A DNA stretch of 64,000 nt, from NCBI GenBank assembly GCA_963662335.2, contig CAXXVD010000001.1, forward strand, positions 512,001 through 576,000, given 5' to 3'. The notes beneath the pieces were generated by a model. It did not search any database. It was given only the letters and a program-made list of their open reading frames with translations, and was not told the origin of the DNA. Of the stretch, positions 48,108-58,998 are shown one piece after another (position 1 is the stretch's first letter; each line of letters begins with the position of its first letter). Source of the stretch: Chloroflexota bacterium (lineage in GTDB: Bacteria; Chloroflexota; UBA11872; VXOZ01). A program made the translations under genes and the position numbers.

Positions 48108-49490
48108 CTATGGTTCCGTTGCGGGACGCGGCGGCGCCTGGCGGGACGCGGGCGGCTGCTCCTGGGCTTGCGCCACGCCGTAGAGCCACGGATGGTCCCG
48201 CAGTTGCGGCAGGCGCACCACCAGGTAGAGGAAGGTGCGCGTGACCGTAATCGCCGTGAACATACTAATGATGACGCCAATCGCCAACGTGACGGCAAAG
48301 CCGCGCACGATGCCCGTGCCAAAGTAGAAGAGCACCGCGCAGGTAATGAGCGTGGAGATGTTGGAATCCCGGATCGACGTCCACGCGCGCTCGAAACCGA
48401 CTTCCAACGCCGAGCGCAAGGTGCGGCCCCGGCGCAGTTCCTCTTTCAGTCGCTCGAAGATCAGGATATTCGCGTCCACGGCCATGCCTACGGAGAGGAT
48501 GAACCCGGCGATGCCCGCCAGCGTGAGCACCACCGGCCACAGCTTGAAGATGCCGAGCACGAGCAGCGCGTAGATGAGCAGGGCAACGACGGCCACCAGG
48601 CCGGGCAGGCGGTAGTAGATGAACATGAAGACGGCTACCAGTACCAGGCCGATGATGCCGGCCCGCAGGCTGCGGTCAACGGATTCTTGGCCCAGGGTGG
48701 GGCCGACGGTGCGGTTCTGCGCGATTTCCAGCGGCACCGGCAGCGCGCCGTACTTCAGCTTGATGACGATGTCCCGCGCCTCTTCCAGGGTAAAGCTGCC
48801 GGTGATGCGGCCGCGATTCGAGATGGGGCTGGAAATGGTGGCGGCGGAAATGAGGATATTGTCCAGCGTGATGCCCAGCCAAGTGCACGGCTGGCCGTCC
48901 CGCGCGCAGACGTTCTGGGAGGTGAAGACTTCGAAGGTACCGGCGCCTTCGTCTTTGAGTTCGAAGTTGATTTGCGGCAAACTGCGCTCGTCGAAGCCGA
49001 CTTCGGCGGACTTGACCTGCGCGCCGGTGAAGAGCCGCGTATACTGCTCGCCTTCCACGAGGCCGCCGACCGGCACCGGCGGCACTGCGCTCTTGCCAAG
49101 ATCGACGAACGCGAGTTCACCGGTTTCGCGGAAGAGCGCGATGGCTTCATCCGGATTATCCACGCCGGGGAGTTCGACGATGATGCGGTCGGTACCCTCT
49201 AGCTGCACGATCGGTTCCGATACGCCCAAAGCGTCAACCCGCTGGGCGATGATGTCGCGCGTGGCTTCCATGTGGTCGGCAGTGATCTCCTGGCCCTCGG
49301 AAGGCGTGGCCCGCAGCACCACGTGCAGCCCGCCCTGGAGGTCGAGGCCCAAGTGGTAGCGGAGGTCGCGCACCAGGCGCGCGCCGCCAATACCGACGTC
49401 CAGGCCGGGATTGTCAGGCCAATTGACGTAGCCCGCCGACACGACGAAGACGACGATGAATGCCAGTGTGACCAGGTAGCGTCGGTTCAT
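48108..49490 (-). CDS. secD: Protein translocase subunit SecD
   Basis: LGLDLQGG, RVDALGVSEP, GALPVPL, VGPTLG, GMAVDANILIFER, DSN..TLI. Confidence 0.95.
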   Translation of the reverse strand: MNRRYLVTLAFIVVFVVSAGYVNWPDNPGLDVGIGGARLVRDLRYHLGLDLQGGLHVVLRATPSEGQEITADHMEATRDIIAQRVDALGVSEPIVQLEGTDRIIVELPGVDNPDEAIALFRETGELAFVDLGKSAVPPVPVGGLVEGEQYTRLFTGAQVKSAEVGFDERSLPQINFELKDEGAGTFEVFTSQNVCARDGQPCTWLGITLDNILISAATISSPISNRGRITGSFTLEEARDIVIKLKYGALPVPLEIAQNRTVGPTLGQESVDRSLRAGIIGLVLVAVFMFIYYRLPGLVAVVALLIYALLVLGIFKLWPVVLTLAGIAGFILSVGMAVDANILIFERLKEELRRGRTLRSALEVGFERAWTSIRDSNISTLITCAVLFYFGTGIVRGFAVTLAIGVIISMFTAITVTRTFLYLVVRLPQLRDHPWLYGVAQAQEQPPASRQAPPRPATEP

Positions 49491-49497
49491 CGGCCGC

Positions 49498-50577
<1,080 letters not shown>

Positions 50578-50763
50578 GATGCTCTACCCACTCCTTGCTT
50601 TGTGGGGGCCGGTCGTTGCTCTTTCGTGTAGATATAATTCAGCATTCTCCATTATAGGCAATTGCGGCGGTGAATCCCAATTGAGACCGCTGCTCAACCC
50701 CGCGATTGCTCTGAGGATGACTGCGCCAACTCCGTCATTGCAATGTAAATGGTGCGGCAGCCT

Positions 50764-50837
50764 CCGTCATTCCCGCAAACGCGGGAATGACGGTCGATGA
50801 CCGTCCCACCTTTTCGTTCCCTTGGGTGGCCGTCGCA
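50764..50837. repeat. Collapsed ATTCCC hairpin plus a 20-mer shared with 20307-20326
   Basis: CCGTCATTCCCGCAAACGCGGGAATGACGG; TCCCTTGGGTGGCCGTCGCA at 50818-50837. Confidence 0.7.
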
Positions 50838-50902
50838 CATTGTCTTTCGCTGCCGCGGGCCGCCATGGTGGTTCTCGCGCAAGCCGCGCCCTTGCGCGGC
50901 GG

Positions 50903-52456
50903 CTACCGCGGCATGGCGGTGTGCGGCAGCACTTCGGCGGTCCCGTCCTTGAAGGCGTCCCGGCCGCCGCACGCCACGCCCACGTGGGGGTGGACGCGCT
51001 GTACCGCAGACACGATGGCGTCGGAGACGTTGCGGATGTCCCACTGTGCGTGGCGGTCGCTGCGAATGCGCGACATCTCCACGATTTCGCGCGCGTTGAG
51101 GTCGGCCAGGATGCGGAGATTGTGCCCGTTGGCCAGCAGGATTTCGGCGCGCCGGCCGGCGCCAAGAGCCTGATAGGCTTCCTCAAGCGCGTCGAGCGCG
51201 CGCCGGTACTCGTCGGCGAAACCGGCGTTGCGCACGAGCGGCGGCAGGGTGCGCCCGTGGACGGGGCTGTGGGCCTGGGAGATGTCGGTCTTCATGCGGT
51301 GGCGGATGAATTGGTGATAGGCCGCTTCCGACATGACCAACTCGAACTGATAGTGCAGGAGTTCGAACTCGCGGAGCAGCGTGTCGTGGGCGTGCAAGCC
51401 CCGGTAGGCGGCGCGGATGATCTGGCCTACCTGATCATCGCCCAGGCGCGCCGCCGCCTGCTGCGCGGCGGTGTGCGTCATGCGGCTGGTGTGAAAGAGC
51501 AGGGCCGCGGCCAGGCGGCGCTCGCCGTCAGGGTCGTAGTGGACGAGGCGCACCGGGTCATCGGCGGCGGGCGGCTGCACAGCCGTGCTCTTGCTATTCT
51601 CTTGCGCTTCTGGATGGATTCCCGCTTTCGCGGGAATGACGGATGAATAGTCGGCTATGACGGATGTATCGGCGGGAATGGCGGAATCATCGGCGGGAGT
51701 GATGCCGAGCGCCGCCGCTGCCTCTTGCACCGCGTCCAGGCCGCTCTGTGGATACGGCAGCGCGCGGATGTACTTCTCCGGAAAGAGCGAGGGCGCGACC
51801 GGCTGGAGTTGGGCAAAGAGTTTCTCGCCGGTTTCGCGAAACTCCGGCAGCGGCGCGGAGAGCAGCCGCGTGACTATCAGGGCGAAGGCGCGGGCGTTCG
51901 TCGTCACCCCCACCTGGGTGGTCTGCGCCAGCGGCAGGACGTAGCGCGCGTCCTCGGTGGCGCGGCGCTCGGCGGAGGCGCGCCTCATGCGCGGGAATTT
52001 CTCCAGCAGATAGGCGGCGCAACCGGCGTAGATGGCGCGGTAGGCGGCGTGGCTTTGGCTCACCGCCTCCTCGAACACGCGCCGCGCCGTGCCGCGCCGG
52101 TAGGCTTTGGGCAAGTAGAACTGGCGGGGCACCTCTTCGAACGGGATGTAGCGCCCGCTGTGCTGGGTGTAGGCCGCCAGCCGGTGCCGTACGATCTCCA
52201 GCGAAAGCAGGCGGGGGATGTCCCAGACGGCGGCGCTGAAACAGCCGTGTTCCGCCACGCTGTTATGGCCGTATTCGTAGACGACCCGCCGGTTGCGCTG
52301 GCGCGCCAGGGCCGTATTGTCGCGGGCTTCCTTGATAAGTTGCGGCACGGGCGTGGGGTCGCGGCTGATGCGTGCCATGCCCGCCGTAATCGCCTCAGGA
52401 TTCTTTGCCGCCCGGCCGACGATCCGTACGCGGGGCGTGTATGACCACTTGACCAC
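50903..52456 (-). CDS. thyX: FAD-dependent thymidylate synthase, two-domain form, with repeat-derived linker insertion
   Basis: ARISR, YGHNSVAEH, RHRLAAYTQHS (RHR-X7-S), EDARYVLP, second RHR domain, HAQWDIR; start approximate (GTG 52456). Confidence 0.88.
   Translation of the reverse strand: MVKWSYTPRVRIVGRAAKNPEAITAGMARISRDPTPVPQLIKEARDNTALARQRNRRVVYEYGHNSVAEHGCFSAAVWDIPRLLSLEIVRHRLAAYTQHSGRYIPFEEVPRQFYLPKAYRRGTARRVFEEAVSQSHAAYRAIYAGCAAYLLEKFPRMRRASAERRATEDARYVLPLAQTTQVGVTTNARAFALIVTRLLSAPLPEFRETGEKLFAQLQPVAPSLFPEKYIRALPYPQSGLDAVQEAAAALGITPADDSAIPADTSVIADYSSVIPAKAGIHPEAQENSKSTAVQPPAADDPVRLVHYDPDGERRLAAALLFHTSRMTHTAAQQAAARLGDDQVGQIIRAAYRGLHAHDTLLREFELLHYQFELVMSEAAYHQFIRHRMKTDISQAHSPVHGRTLPPLVRNAGFADEYRRALDALEEAYQALGAGRRAEILLANGHNLRILADLNAREIVEMSRIRSDRHAQWDIRNVSDAIVSAVQRVHPHVGVACGGRDAFKDGTAEVLPHTAMPR
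51615..51705. repeat. ATTCCC palindrome plus three 21-bp degenerate copies, in-frame inside thyX
   Basis: TGGATTCCCGCTTTCGCGGGAATGACGG is identical to the intergenic arm at 23530-23557. Confidence 0.85.
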
Positions 52457-52555
52457 GGTGAGGTCTCTCGCTCTTTGCGCAATAGTGCCAGCTAACGGAC
52501 ACAAGAAGACCCCGGCGCTGGGATGAAGCAACAATCAGCGCGGGGCCTGAATCTC

Positions 52556-52824
52556 CTACTGCGACTCTTCCTGCTTGCTGACCTGCATGAAGTAGATGTC
52601 GAGTACACTCTCGATCCGGAAGACACGATCACTCAAGCGTTCGATGAGCCCTTCCATGTGAGAAACACGCTCGCCGAGACGAGATAAGCGCTCGCCGAGT
52701 TGGGAAATGCGCTCGCCCAAGCAGTGCTCAACGCCGGAGATGCAAGTCTCGCAAGCGCCAAAGCAACCCGGCAACCGCCACAATAGCCGCGCTAGCAGGC
52801 GCCCAGTCCCGTGATGTTCTTCCT
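52556..52824 (-). pseudogene. Frameshifted paralog of the small TM/coiled-coil protein at 59987-60196
   Basis: DWA..AVAGLLWR in one frame, then ET.IS..LGERVSHMEGLIERLSDRVFRIESVLDIYFMQ in another; extra bases near 52752 and 52809; start position reads AGG. Confidence 0.7.
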
Positions 52825-52932
52825 AACCTGCTTCCTCTGCGCTGCATTCTACCATGCTAGGCCCATGCGGTCACTGTGCACGCTGCACCTCAATCGCGCG
52901 GAACCCTTCATCCATGTGCAGCTACCAGACCG

Positions 52933-54279
52933 TTACGGAACCGGAGTTGGCGAAGCGGGCGCCGTCTCTGCCGTCGGAGTTGGCGAAGGAGTCGGTGTTT
53001 CGTCCGTCGGAGTTGGAGTGGCAGTCGGTACAGGTGTCGGCGTGGGCACGGGCCACACGACTACTTGGAGTTCTGACGGAGCGATATCTTCAACTTCCAC
53101 CTCGGGCGGCAGACTGACGCTCGGTTGCAGCGCATAAGCGCCCACGCCTACTCCGCTCAAGTCCAAGGAGACCATCACGTTGCCGGCTTGGAGCGTGCGC
53201 AGCACTGGCGCCGGCCCGCTGAGCGTGACCGCAACGGTAGCAGGAGTGATTTCAGCTCTCATTCCTGGCTGCAGATTTTTGTACGTCACAGCGACCTGAG
53301 TCTCAGCGCTCGCCACGATTGGCAAAATCTCTACGAGTACTCCAACCTGAGTGGCACTGGAGATGCCGACCCCAGGCGGTCTTCGTAGATCTGCTATTGT
53401 CGTAAACGTCCGCGTGGCTTCTGCGATGCTGATAGCCTCGGTAGACACAAAGCTCAGATTTTCAAGTTGCTCGGGTGGGCCGAATAGTGTTGCAATGGCG
53501 GGTCTCACAAGGTAGCGCGACACCCAATATCCTGGCGCCGGTTGTCCCACAATATTGATGCGGACGGGCACGTCTTTATAGGTTTCAATTTGCTCAACCG
53601 GCACCGTAACCTGTACCACGGGAGGATCGAGTTGCACGCCGCTCACGTCTTCACCTTGGGCATCACGCGGTATGGCCCGCTGCGTGAGGCTGACCGCACT
53701 CTGCGCGTTATCCACCTCTATCCGCAGCCAAGCCGCATCCACGAGATCCACTTTGGAGGCCGGCCCAATCACCTTCACGATGTCCGGCAGCAGTTCGGCC
53801 GGTTGAAAACCGTAGCCACGGGGTGGAGCGCCGACCAGTTCCACCCGCACCGGTACCTCTTTTTCCTTGCGTTGGTCCAGCGCTATGGTCACCGAATCCG
53901 GTTCAGCGGCAATGATGCGGATGCGGGAATCTGATCTCTCAGTATTGATGGGAAGCTCATGCAGACCGACACCGACCGCATAGAGATCCACCACCACGCG
54001 AAAGTCGTCCGCCTTCAGCGAGTCCCATATATCCCGCGGCGCGGCAATCCGCAAGCGCACCGTGCTGGGTGAGACGCGACTCAGCACTAATCCATCGCCC
54101 AAGCGGCTGGTCTCCACCGGGATATCCGCTTCGAAGAGGCCCTCTCGCTCCGGATTCCGTTCCGCTGTGAACACGACCCACAAGACGACCGATATCCCCA
54201 GAGCAAAGAGAAACCGCACGCCTAGGGTGTGCGTGAAGAAGCGGCCGAGGAGCAGTATGAGCGAACGAATTCTGTTCAT
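52933..54279 (-). CDS. cdaR: CdaR (YbbR-domain) diadenylate cyclase regulator
   Basis: N-terminal TM, repeated YbbR-like beta domains (G.PP.GY, V.V.GP), Pro/Thr tail; follows cdaA. Confidence 0.85.
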   Translation of the reverse strand: MNRIRSLILLLGRFFTHTLGVRFLFALGISVVLWVVFTAERNPEREGLFEADIPVETSRLGDGLVLSRVSPSTVRLRIAAPRDIWDSLKADDFRVVVDLYAVGVGLHELPINTERSDSRIRIIAAEPDSVTIALDQRKEKEVPVRVELVGAPPRGYGFQPAELLPDIVKVIGPASKVDLVDAAWLRIEVDNAQSAVSLTQRAIPRDAQGEDVSGVQLDPPVVQVTVPVEQIETYKDVPVRINIVGQPAPGYWVSRYLVRPAIATLFGPPEQLENLSFVSTEAISIAEATRTFTTIADLRRPPGVGISSATQVGVLVEILPIVASAETQVAVTYKNLQPGMRAEITPATVAVTLSGPAPVLRTLQAGNVMVSLDLSGVGVGAYALQPSVSLPPEVEVEDIAPSELQVVVWPVPTPTPVPTATPTPTDETPTPSPTPTAETAPASPTPVP

Positions 54280-54286
54280 GTCAGGG

Positions 54287-55156
54287 CTACTTTAACACTC
54301 TACGCTCACTGGAGGAGCGTGAACCGGAGCGAAACGGCAGCCACGGCAGCATGCTGGAGCCCCGCTCCTCGCTGAAGAGGCTATTGAGGTACGTGCGCAG
54401 TTTCTCTTCGTCCAAGTGCCGGAGCAGCGCGCCGCCCCGCGCCACCGAGATGATGCCGCTCTGCTCCGAGATGGCGATGGCGATGGCGTCGGTCATCTCG
54501 CTCACGCCCACGGCGGCCGCGTGGCGGGTGCCTAGGCCCTCACCCGGCGGCACGTTTTCCGAGAGCGGCAGCATGCACGAGGCAGCCACGACCCGCCCGC
54601 CGCGTATGACAACGGCTTTGTCGTGCAGCGCTGAGTTTGGATAGAAGATGGCCAGTAGCAACTCTTCGCTCACTTGACCGTCGATGCGGTGGCCGGTCTC
54701 AACGAGATCCGCCAACCCAGTTTCACGTTCGATCACGATGAGACCGCCCCAGTGATTTGCCGAAAGACGGACGGCCGCACGCGCCACCACGTCCAAGGCG
54801 CGGGAGACGTCTTCACCGATGGGTATATAGCGGGCCAGCGGGTGGGTGCCTTGCCGTCCGACTTGCTCCAAGAAGCGGCGCAGTTCCGGCTGGAAGATGA
54901 TGGGAATGGCGATCACCAGGGCGGAGAGCACGCTGCGCAAGAGCCAATCGAAAACCAGGAGTTGCAGGGTATTGCCAATGATGAAGGCAACCACGAGCAG
55001 CACCGCGATCCCGCGCACCAACTGGTCTGCCAGCGTCCCGCGCACGATCGTGAAGATGATGTGAATGATGGCGGCGACGAGCAGAATGTCGAACGCCGCG
55101 CTGTAGTCCAAGCTGGAAAGCAGCCAGCGGAGGTCTTCTACTATCACAGGTATCAC
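54287..55156 (-). CDS. cdaA: Diadenylate cyclase CdaA (DacA)
   Basis: Three TMs, IFQPELRRFLE, IFYPNSALHD, GTRHAAAVG.SE.TDA. Confidence 0.93.
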   Translation of the reverse strand: MIPVIVEDLRWLLSSLDYSAAFDILLVAAIIHIIFTIVRGTLADQLVRGIAVLLVVAFIIGNTLQLLVFDWLLRSVLSALVIAIPIIFQPELRRFLEQVGRQGTHPLARYIPIGEDVSRALDVVARAAVRLSANHWGGLIVIERETGLADLVETGHRIDGQVSEELLLAIFYPNSALHDKAVVIRGGRVVAASCMLPLSENVPPGEGLGTRHAAAVGVSEMTDAIAIAISEQSGIISVARGGALLRHLDEEKLRTYLNSLFSEERGSSMLPWLPFRSGSRSSSERRVLK

Positions 55157-55245
55157 AGGTCACCTCGCTGAGCGCGTGTCTCTCCTACCGCATCCCGGTT
55201 CGCGCCGGCCGGAGGCTGGCTGTGGCGGGGGATAGGAGCTTAGCT

Positions 55246-56190
55246 CTAAGCGGTTCGAGGATCCCCGCCAACTAAGAGCGCCAGCAACACCGCCTTCTGG
55301 GCGTGGAGGCGGTTTTCCGCCTGATCGAACACGACCGACTGGGGTCCGTCCATCACCTCGTCGGTGATCTCCATGTTGCGGTGCGCGGGCAGACAGTGCA
55401 TCACGATTGCGTCCGGCCGCGCGTGGCGCAAGAGGTCCGCGTTCACCTGATAGGGCGGGAAGACGCGCTCGCGCTCAGCGGCCTCCGCCTCCAGTCCCAT
55501 GCTTACCCAGGAATCCGTATAGATAACGTCCGCGTCTTGCACAGCGGCTACCGGATCCGTGAGCGCCTCGAGCCGCGCGCCTGATTCAGCTGCGAGCCCG
55601 CGCGCCCGCTCGATGACGTCGTCCGGCGGTAGATAGCCCGCCGGGCAGCCTACCGCTAGATGGTAGCCGAGCATGCCGGCGGCGAAGAGCAGCGAGTTGG
55701 CCACGTTGTAGCCGTCGCCAACGTAGGCGAGTTTGCGTTGCGCCAAGTCGCCCTTGTGCTCCTGCATGGTGAGAATATCCGCCAAGGCCTGGCAGGGATG
55801 CGCGTAATCCGAGAGACCGTTGATGACGGGAATGCCGGCGTGCGCCGCCAGGGTTTCCAACGTTTCGTGCGCGAATACCCGCGCCATGATGACGTCCACC
55901 CAGCGTTCCAGATTCCGCGCCACGTCCGGCACGGTCTCGCGCACGCCCATCTGCAAGTGCTCCGCGGCGAGGTCCACCACCTGGCCGCCCAACTGCTGCA
56001 TGCCAATGGCAAAGGTGGCGCGGGTGCGCAAAGAGGGTTTTTCGAAGATCATCGCCAGCGTAAAGCCGGACAGCGGGAGATCGTCGGCGCTGCGTTTCGG
56101 CTGCCGCTTCAACACCCCCGCTAAATCGAGTATCCGCTGGATCTCAGACGCGGTGAGGTCGGCGAGCGTAAGGAGGTCTTGACCTTTCAA
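55246..56190 (-). CDS. argF: Ornithine carbamoyltransferase
   Basis: FEKPSLRT, HPCQALAD, YVGDGYNV, TDSWVSMG, HCLPAHR, QAENRLH; TTG start. Confidence 0.93.
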   Translation of the reverse strand: MKGQDLLTLADLTASEIQRILDLAGVLKRQPKRSADDLPLSGFTLAMIFEKPSLRTRATFAIGMQQLGGQVVDLAAEHLQMGVRETVPDVARNLERWVDVIMARVFAHETLETLAAHAGIPVINGLSDYAHPCQALADILTMQEHKGDLAQRKLAYVGDGYNVANSLLFAAGMLGYHLAVGCPAGYLPPDDVIERARGLAAESGARLEALTDPVAAVQDADVIYTDSWVSMGLEAEAAERERVFPPYQVNADLLRHARPDAIVMHCLPAHRNMEITDEVMDGPQSVVFDQAENRLHAQKAVLLALLVGGDPRTA

Positions 56191-56604
56191 GTCCGGCCGC
56201 TTCTTTCATCATAGAGACGGGAAATCGACAGTGAAGATAGGGTCATTGTAGCAGTTGCAGCCTACTGACACAATTGAGATAGGCCATCCTGGCAAGGAGC
56301 GTGGCGCTCTCAGCGGCAATGTTGGAGACACGCCCATACGCCGCCTTCAGCGCCGGCCGCAGCGCTAGTCATAACCGCCGCCCTCGTCCTACCGTCTGTG
56401 CTACCATTAGCCATGAGTCTTTTGTAAGACTAGTCCCGCACTTCGTTACTCGAGTAGCCCCTTCACTTCAATGTGACACCGTAGTGGTCAAGTCCCCGCG
56501 TTACGACGCGCAAACGAGGAGCGGACGCGCGGCGGCAAGAGAACAGCGACCGTGTCCGGGCGCTGATACACGAGAATACGTAACTCGGGGAGGCTGCACA
56601 CGCT

Positions 56605-57591
56605 ATGAAAACCCAGGCGCTTGTATTTCCAGAAAGAGACCGCTGCGTTACCGAGGCCGCGACCCTGCCCGACGCGCCCGGCCCCGGCGAAGTCCTGGTG
56701 CGCAACCGGCTCTCGCTGATCAGCGCGGGCACGGAACTTGCCATGTTCACGCAAACGCACCGGGGCTTTGCCGAACCGGACTTCGGCTATGCCTCGTATC
56801 CGTTCCGGCCGGGCTACGCGGCGGTGGGCGAAGCGCTGGCGGTGGGCGACGGCGTGAGCGACGTGACGCCGGGCACTCGGGTGTTCAACCGCAAACGCCA
56901 CGCCTCCCACACGCTCGCCAACCGTGACGACCTGCTGCCGGTGCCGGAAGGCGTTCCCGACGCCCACGCGCCGTTCTACGCCATGTTGCAAATCGCCATG
57001 TCGGCGCCGCGCCAGGCGCCGGTCACCTTTGGCGAGAACGCGCTGGTGCTCGGCATGGGTCTGGTGGGCAATCTCTGCGCGCAGCTATGCCGCCTGGCGG
57101 GCGCGGGACAGGTGGCGGCGGCGGACCTGGCCGCGCCGCGGCTGGCGCAGGCGCGGGCGTGCGGCGTAGACGTGGCGTTCGACTTGAGCGAAAAGCCGCT
57201 GGCCGAGTGGCTGCCGGAACTCGGGCCGCGTGGCGCGAATTACGTCGTGGAAGCGGTGGGCAGCGGACCGACCATCGATCTGGCGCTGAAAGCCGCCGCC
57301 CGCCACGGCCGCGTGGTGCTGCTGGGCAGCCCGCGCGACAAGCTGGAACTCGATCCCTATTTTGACGTGCACCGCACGGGCCTGCGCGTGATTGGCGCGC
57401 ACGCGAGCACCGTGGATGACGCTACCCGCGAACGGGATATCCCCTTCCTCTGGTCGCTGCTGGCGAGCGGCCGCATTAACGTGGAGCCGCTCATCACCCA
57501 CGTGCTGCCGTATACCGAGGCGCAGACTGCCTACGAGGGCCTGCGGGACCGCAAGGATGAGTACCTGGGCGTGCTCTTGGAATATCCGTAG
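56605..57591 (+). CDS. MDR superfamily (Zn-ADH-like) dehydrogenase
   Basis: SLISAGTE, YPFRPGY, VLGMGLVG, VEAVG, PLITH. Confidence 0.87.
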   Translation: MKTQALVFPERDRCVTEAATLPDAPGPGEVLVRNRLSLISAGTELAMFTQTHRGFAEPDFGYASYPFRPGYAAVGEALAVGDGVSDVTPGTRVFNRKRHASHTLANRDDLLPVPEGVPDAHAPFYAMLQIAMSAPRQAPVTFGENALVLGMGLVGNLCAQLCRLAGAGQVAAADLAAPRLAQARACGVDVAFDLSEKPLAEWLPELGPRGANYVVEAVGSGPTIDLALKAAARHGRVVLLGSPRDKLELDPYFDVHRTGLRVIGAHASTVDDATRERDIPFLWSLLASGRINVEPLITHVLPYTEAQTAYEGLRDRKDEYLGVLLEYP

Positions 57592-57803
57592 CGGCGCGAA
57601 TTCAGTCGTCGCGTCTGCGGGCGGACGCAGGTTGCAAACCTGCGCTACCGGAATGCGCCTGCCTGGGATTGGCGGTATGGCGGTATGGGCACGACATGTC
57701 GTGCCCATACCCTGGCCGGTAGCGATAGGCGTCGGCACGACACGTCTTGCCCCTACTGCAACCATCACCGGCTCTCTCTGGTAGCGCAGGTTTGCAACCT
57801 GCG
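57588..57803. repeat. REP cluster between convergent genes (B at 57626 and 57781; C at 57683 and about 57734)
   Basis: Direct matches to families B and C. Confidence 0.82.
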
Positions 57804-57824
57804 CCTCCGCGCCGGGCCGGGCGG

Positions 57825-58988
57825 TTAATTCACCCGACGCCCCTTGCTATCGAAGACGTGCTGGCGGTGGGCGGGGATCTCCATGTAGAGCAGCGTTTCC
57901 GGCTCGTGGTGTTCGGTTTGCGGGCGTTGGACGCGGTACGAATGACGGCCCACCCGCACCGTCAGCAGCACGGCGCGGTCGCTCAGCAGCGGCTCCACGA
58001 TTTCCACCTTGGCCGGAATCGTGTCCTCCTCGTTCTCGGAGCGCAGCGCCACGTCGGTGGGGCGGATGCCGATGGTCACCCGTTCGGCCTGGTACTGCTG
58101 GAGCACGATTGGCGGCGGCGCGACCTTGCGATCGTGCACGTCCACGTACTCCCGGTGCACCACGCCGGGCAGCAGGTTCATGGCCGGCAGCGTAATGAAA
58201 TCGGCCACCATCAGGTTGAGCGGCCGCTCGATAAGCTGTTGGCGGGTATCCACTTGCAGGATCTTGCCGTCGTGCATCACCGCGATGCGCTCGCCCATGG
58301 TGAAGGCCTCGGACTGGTCGTGGGTCACGTAGACCGAGGTAATGCCGAAACGCTGCACCAGGCGCTTGATCTCCACGCGGGTGCGGGCGCGCACCTTGGC
58401 GTCCAGGTTCGAGAGCGGCTCGTCGAAGAGAAACGTGCGCGGATCGCGAATGATGGCGCGGGCGATCGCCACGCGCTGCTGCTGGCCGCCGGAGAGTTTC
58501 GGCGGCTTCTGGCTCAGCAGCGTTTCGAATCCCAGCCCCATGACCCGCGCCGTGATGCGCACGCGATCGGGAATCTCGTGCTTGCGCTGGTGCATCTGGA
58601 AGAAGAAGCCAAGATTGTCCTGCGAGGGCCAGTGGGGATAGAGGGCGTAATCCTGGAAGACCATCGCCACGTTGCGGTCCTGGGGGCTGACGGTGGTCAC
58701 GTCTTCGCCGTCGAAGAGCACCTTGCCGCTATCCAGGGTCTCAAGGCCGGCCAGGATGCGCAGCAGGGTCGTCTTGCCGCAGCCGGAGGGCCCCAGCACG
58801 CTCAACGACTCGCCGTCGTCGATCTGAAGATCTATGCCGTTGAGAGCGTAGATCAGGTCTTCTTCCGTAGCGGCCACCACCGCGTCGGCGGCTTCGCCGC
58901 CTCGGAACCGCCCAACCAGGCCCTTCCAGGAAAAGGGGCTTGGCCGCTTGTAGGTCTTGATCGCGCCCTCTAGCGTGAGGCTGGCCAT
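57825..58988 (-). CDS. MalK/MsmX-type carbohydrate ABC ATP-binding protein
   Basis: GPSGCGKTT, MVFQDYALYPH, LSGGQQQR, DEPLSNLDAK, YVTHDQ, GIRP. Confidence 0.92.
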   Translation of the reverse strand: MASLTLEGAIKTYKRPSPFSWKGLVGRFRGGEAADAVVAATEEDLIYALNGIDLQIDDGESLSVLGPSGCGKTTLLRILAGLETLDSGKVLFDGEDVTTVSPQDRNVAMVFQDYALYPHWPSQDNLGFFFQMHQRKHEIPDRVRITARVMGLGFETLLSQKPPKLSGGQQQRVAIARAIIRDPRTFLFDEPLSNLDAKVRARTRVEIKRLVQRFGITSVYVTHDQSEAFTMGERIAVMHDGKILQVDTRQQLIERPLNLMVADFITLPAMNLLPGVVHREYVDVHDRKVAPPPIVLQQYQAERVTIGIRPTDVALRSENEEDTIPAKVEIVEPLLSDRAVLLTVRVGRHSYRVQRPQTEHHEPETLLYMEIPAHRQHVFDSKGRRVN

Positions 58989-58998
58989 CGCATCCTTC

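Noticed and set aside
50580-50680. LexA/SOS box upstream of recA
   Set aside because: No GAAC-N4-GTTC or CTGT-N8-ACAG match; only a TATAAT -10-like box at 50651-50656 (minus strand).
52933-53060. GGAGTTGG-type repeats as a DNA element
   Set aside because: They simply encode the Pro/Thr-rich tail of CdaR.
55246-56190. Acetyl- or succinyl-ornithine transcarbamylase, because of SLRT instead of STRT
   Set aside because: DxxxSMG and HCLPAHR motifs indicate ordinary OTCase.
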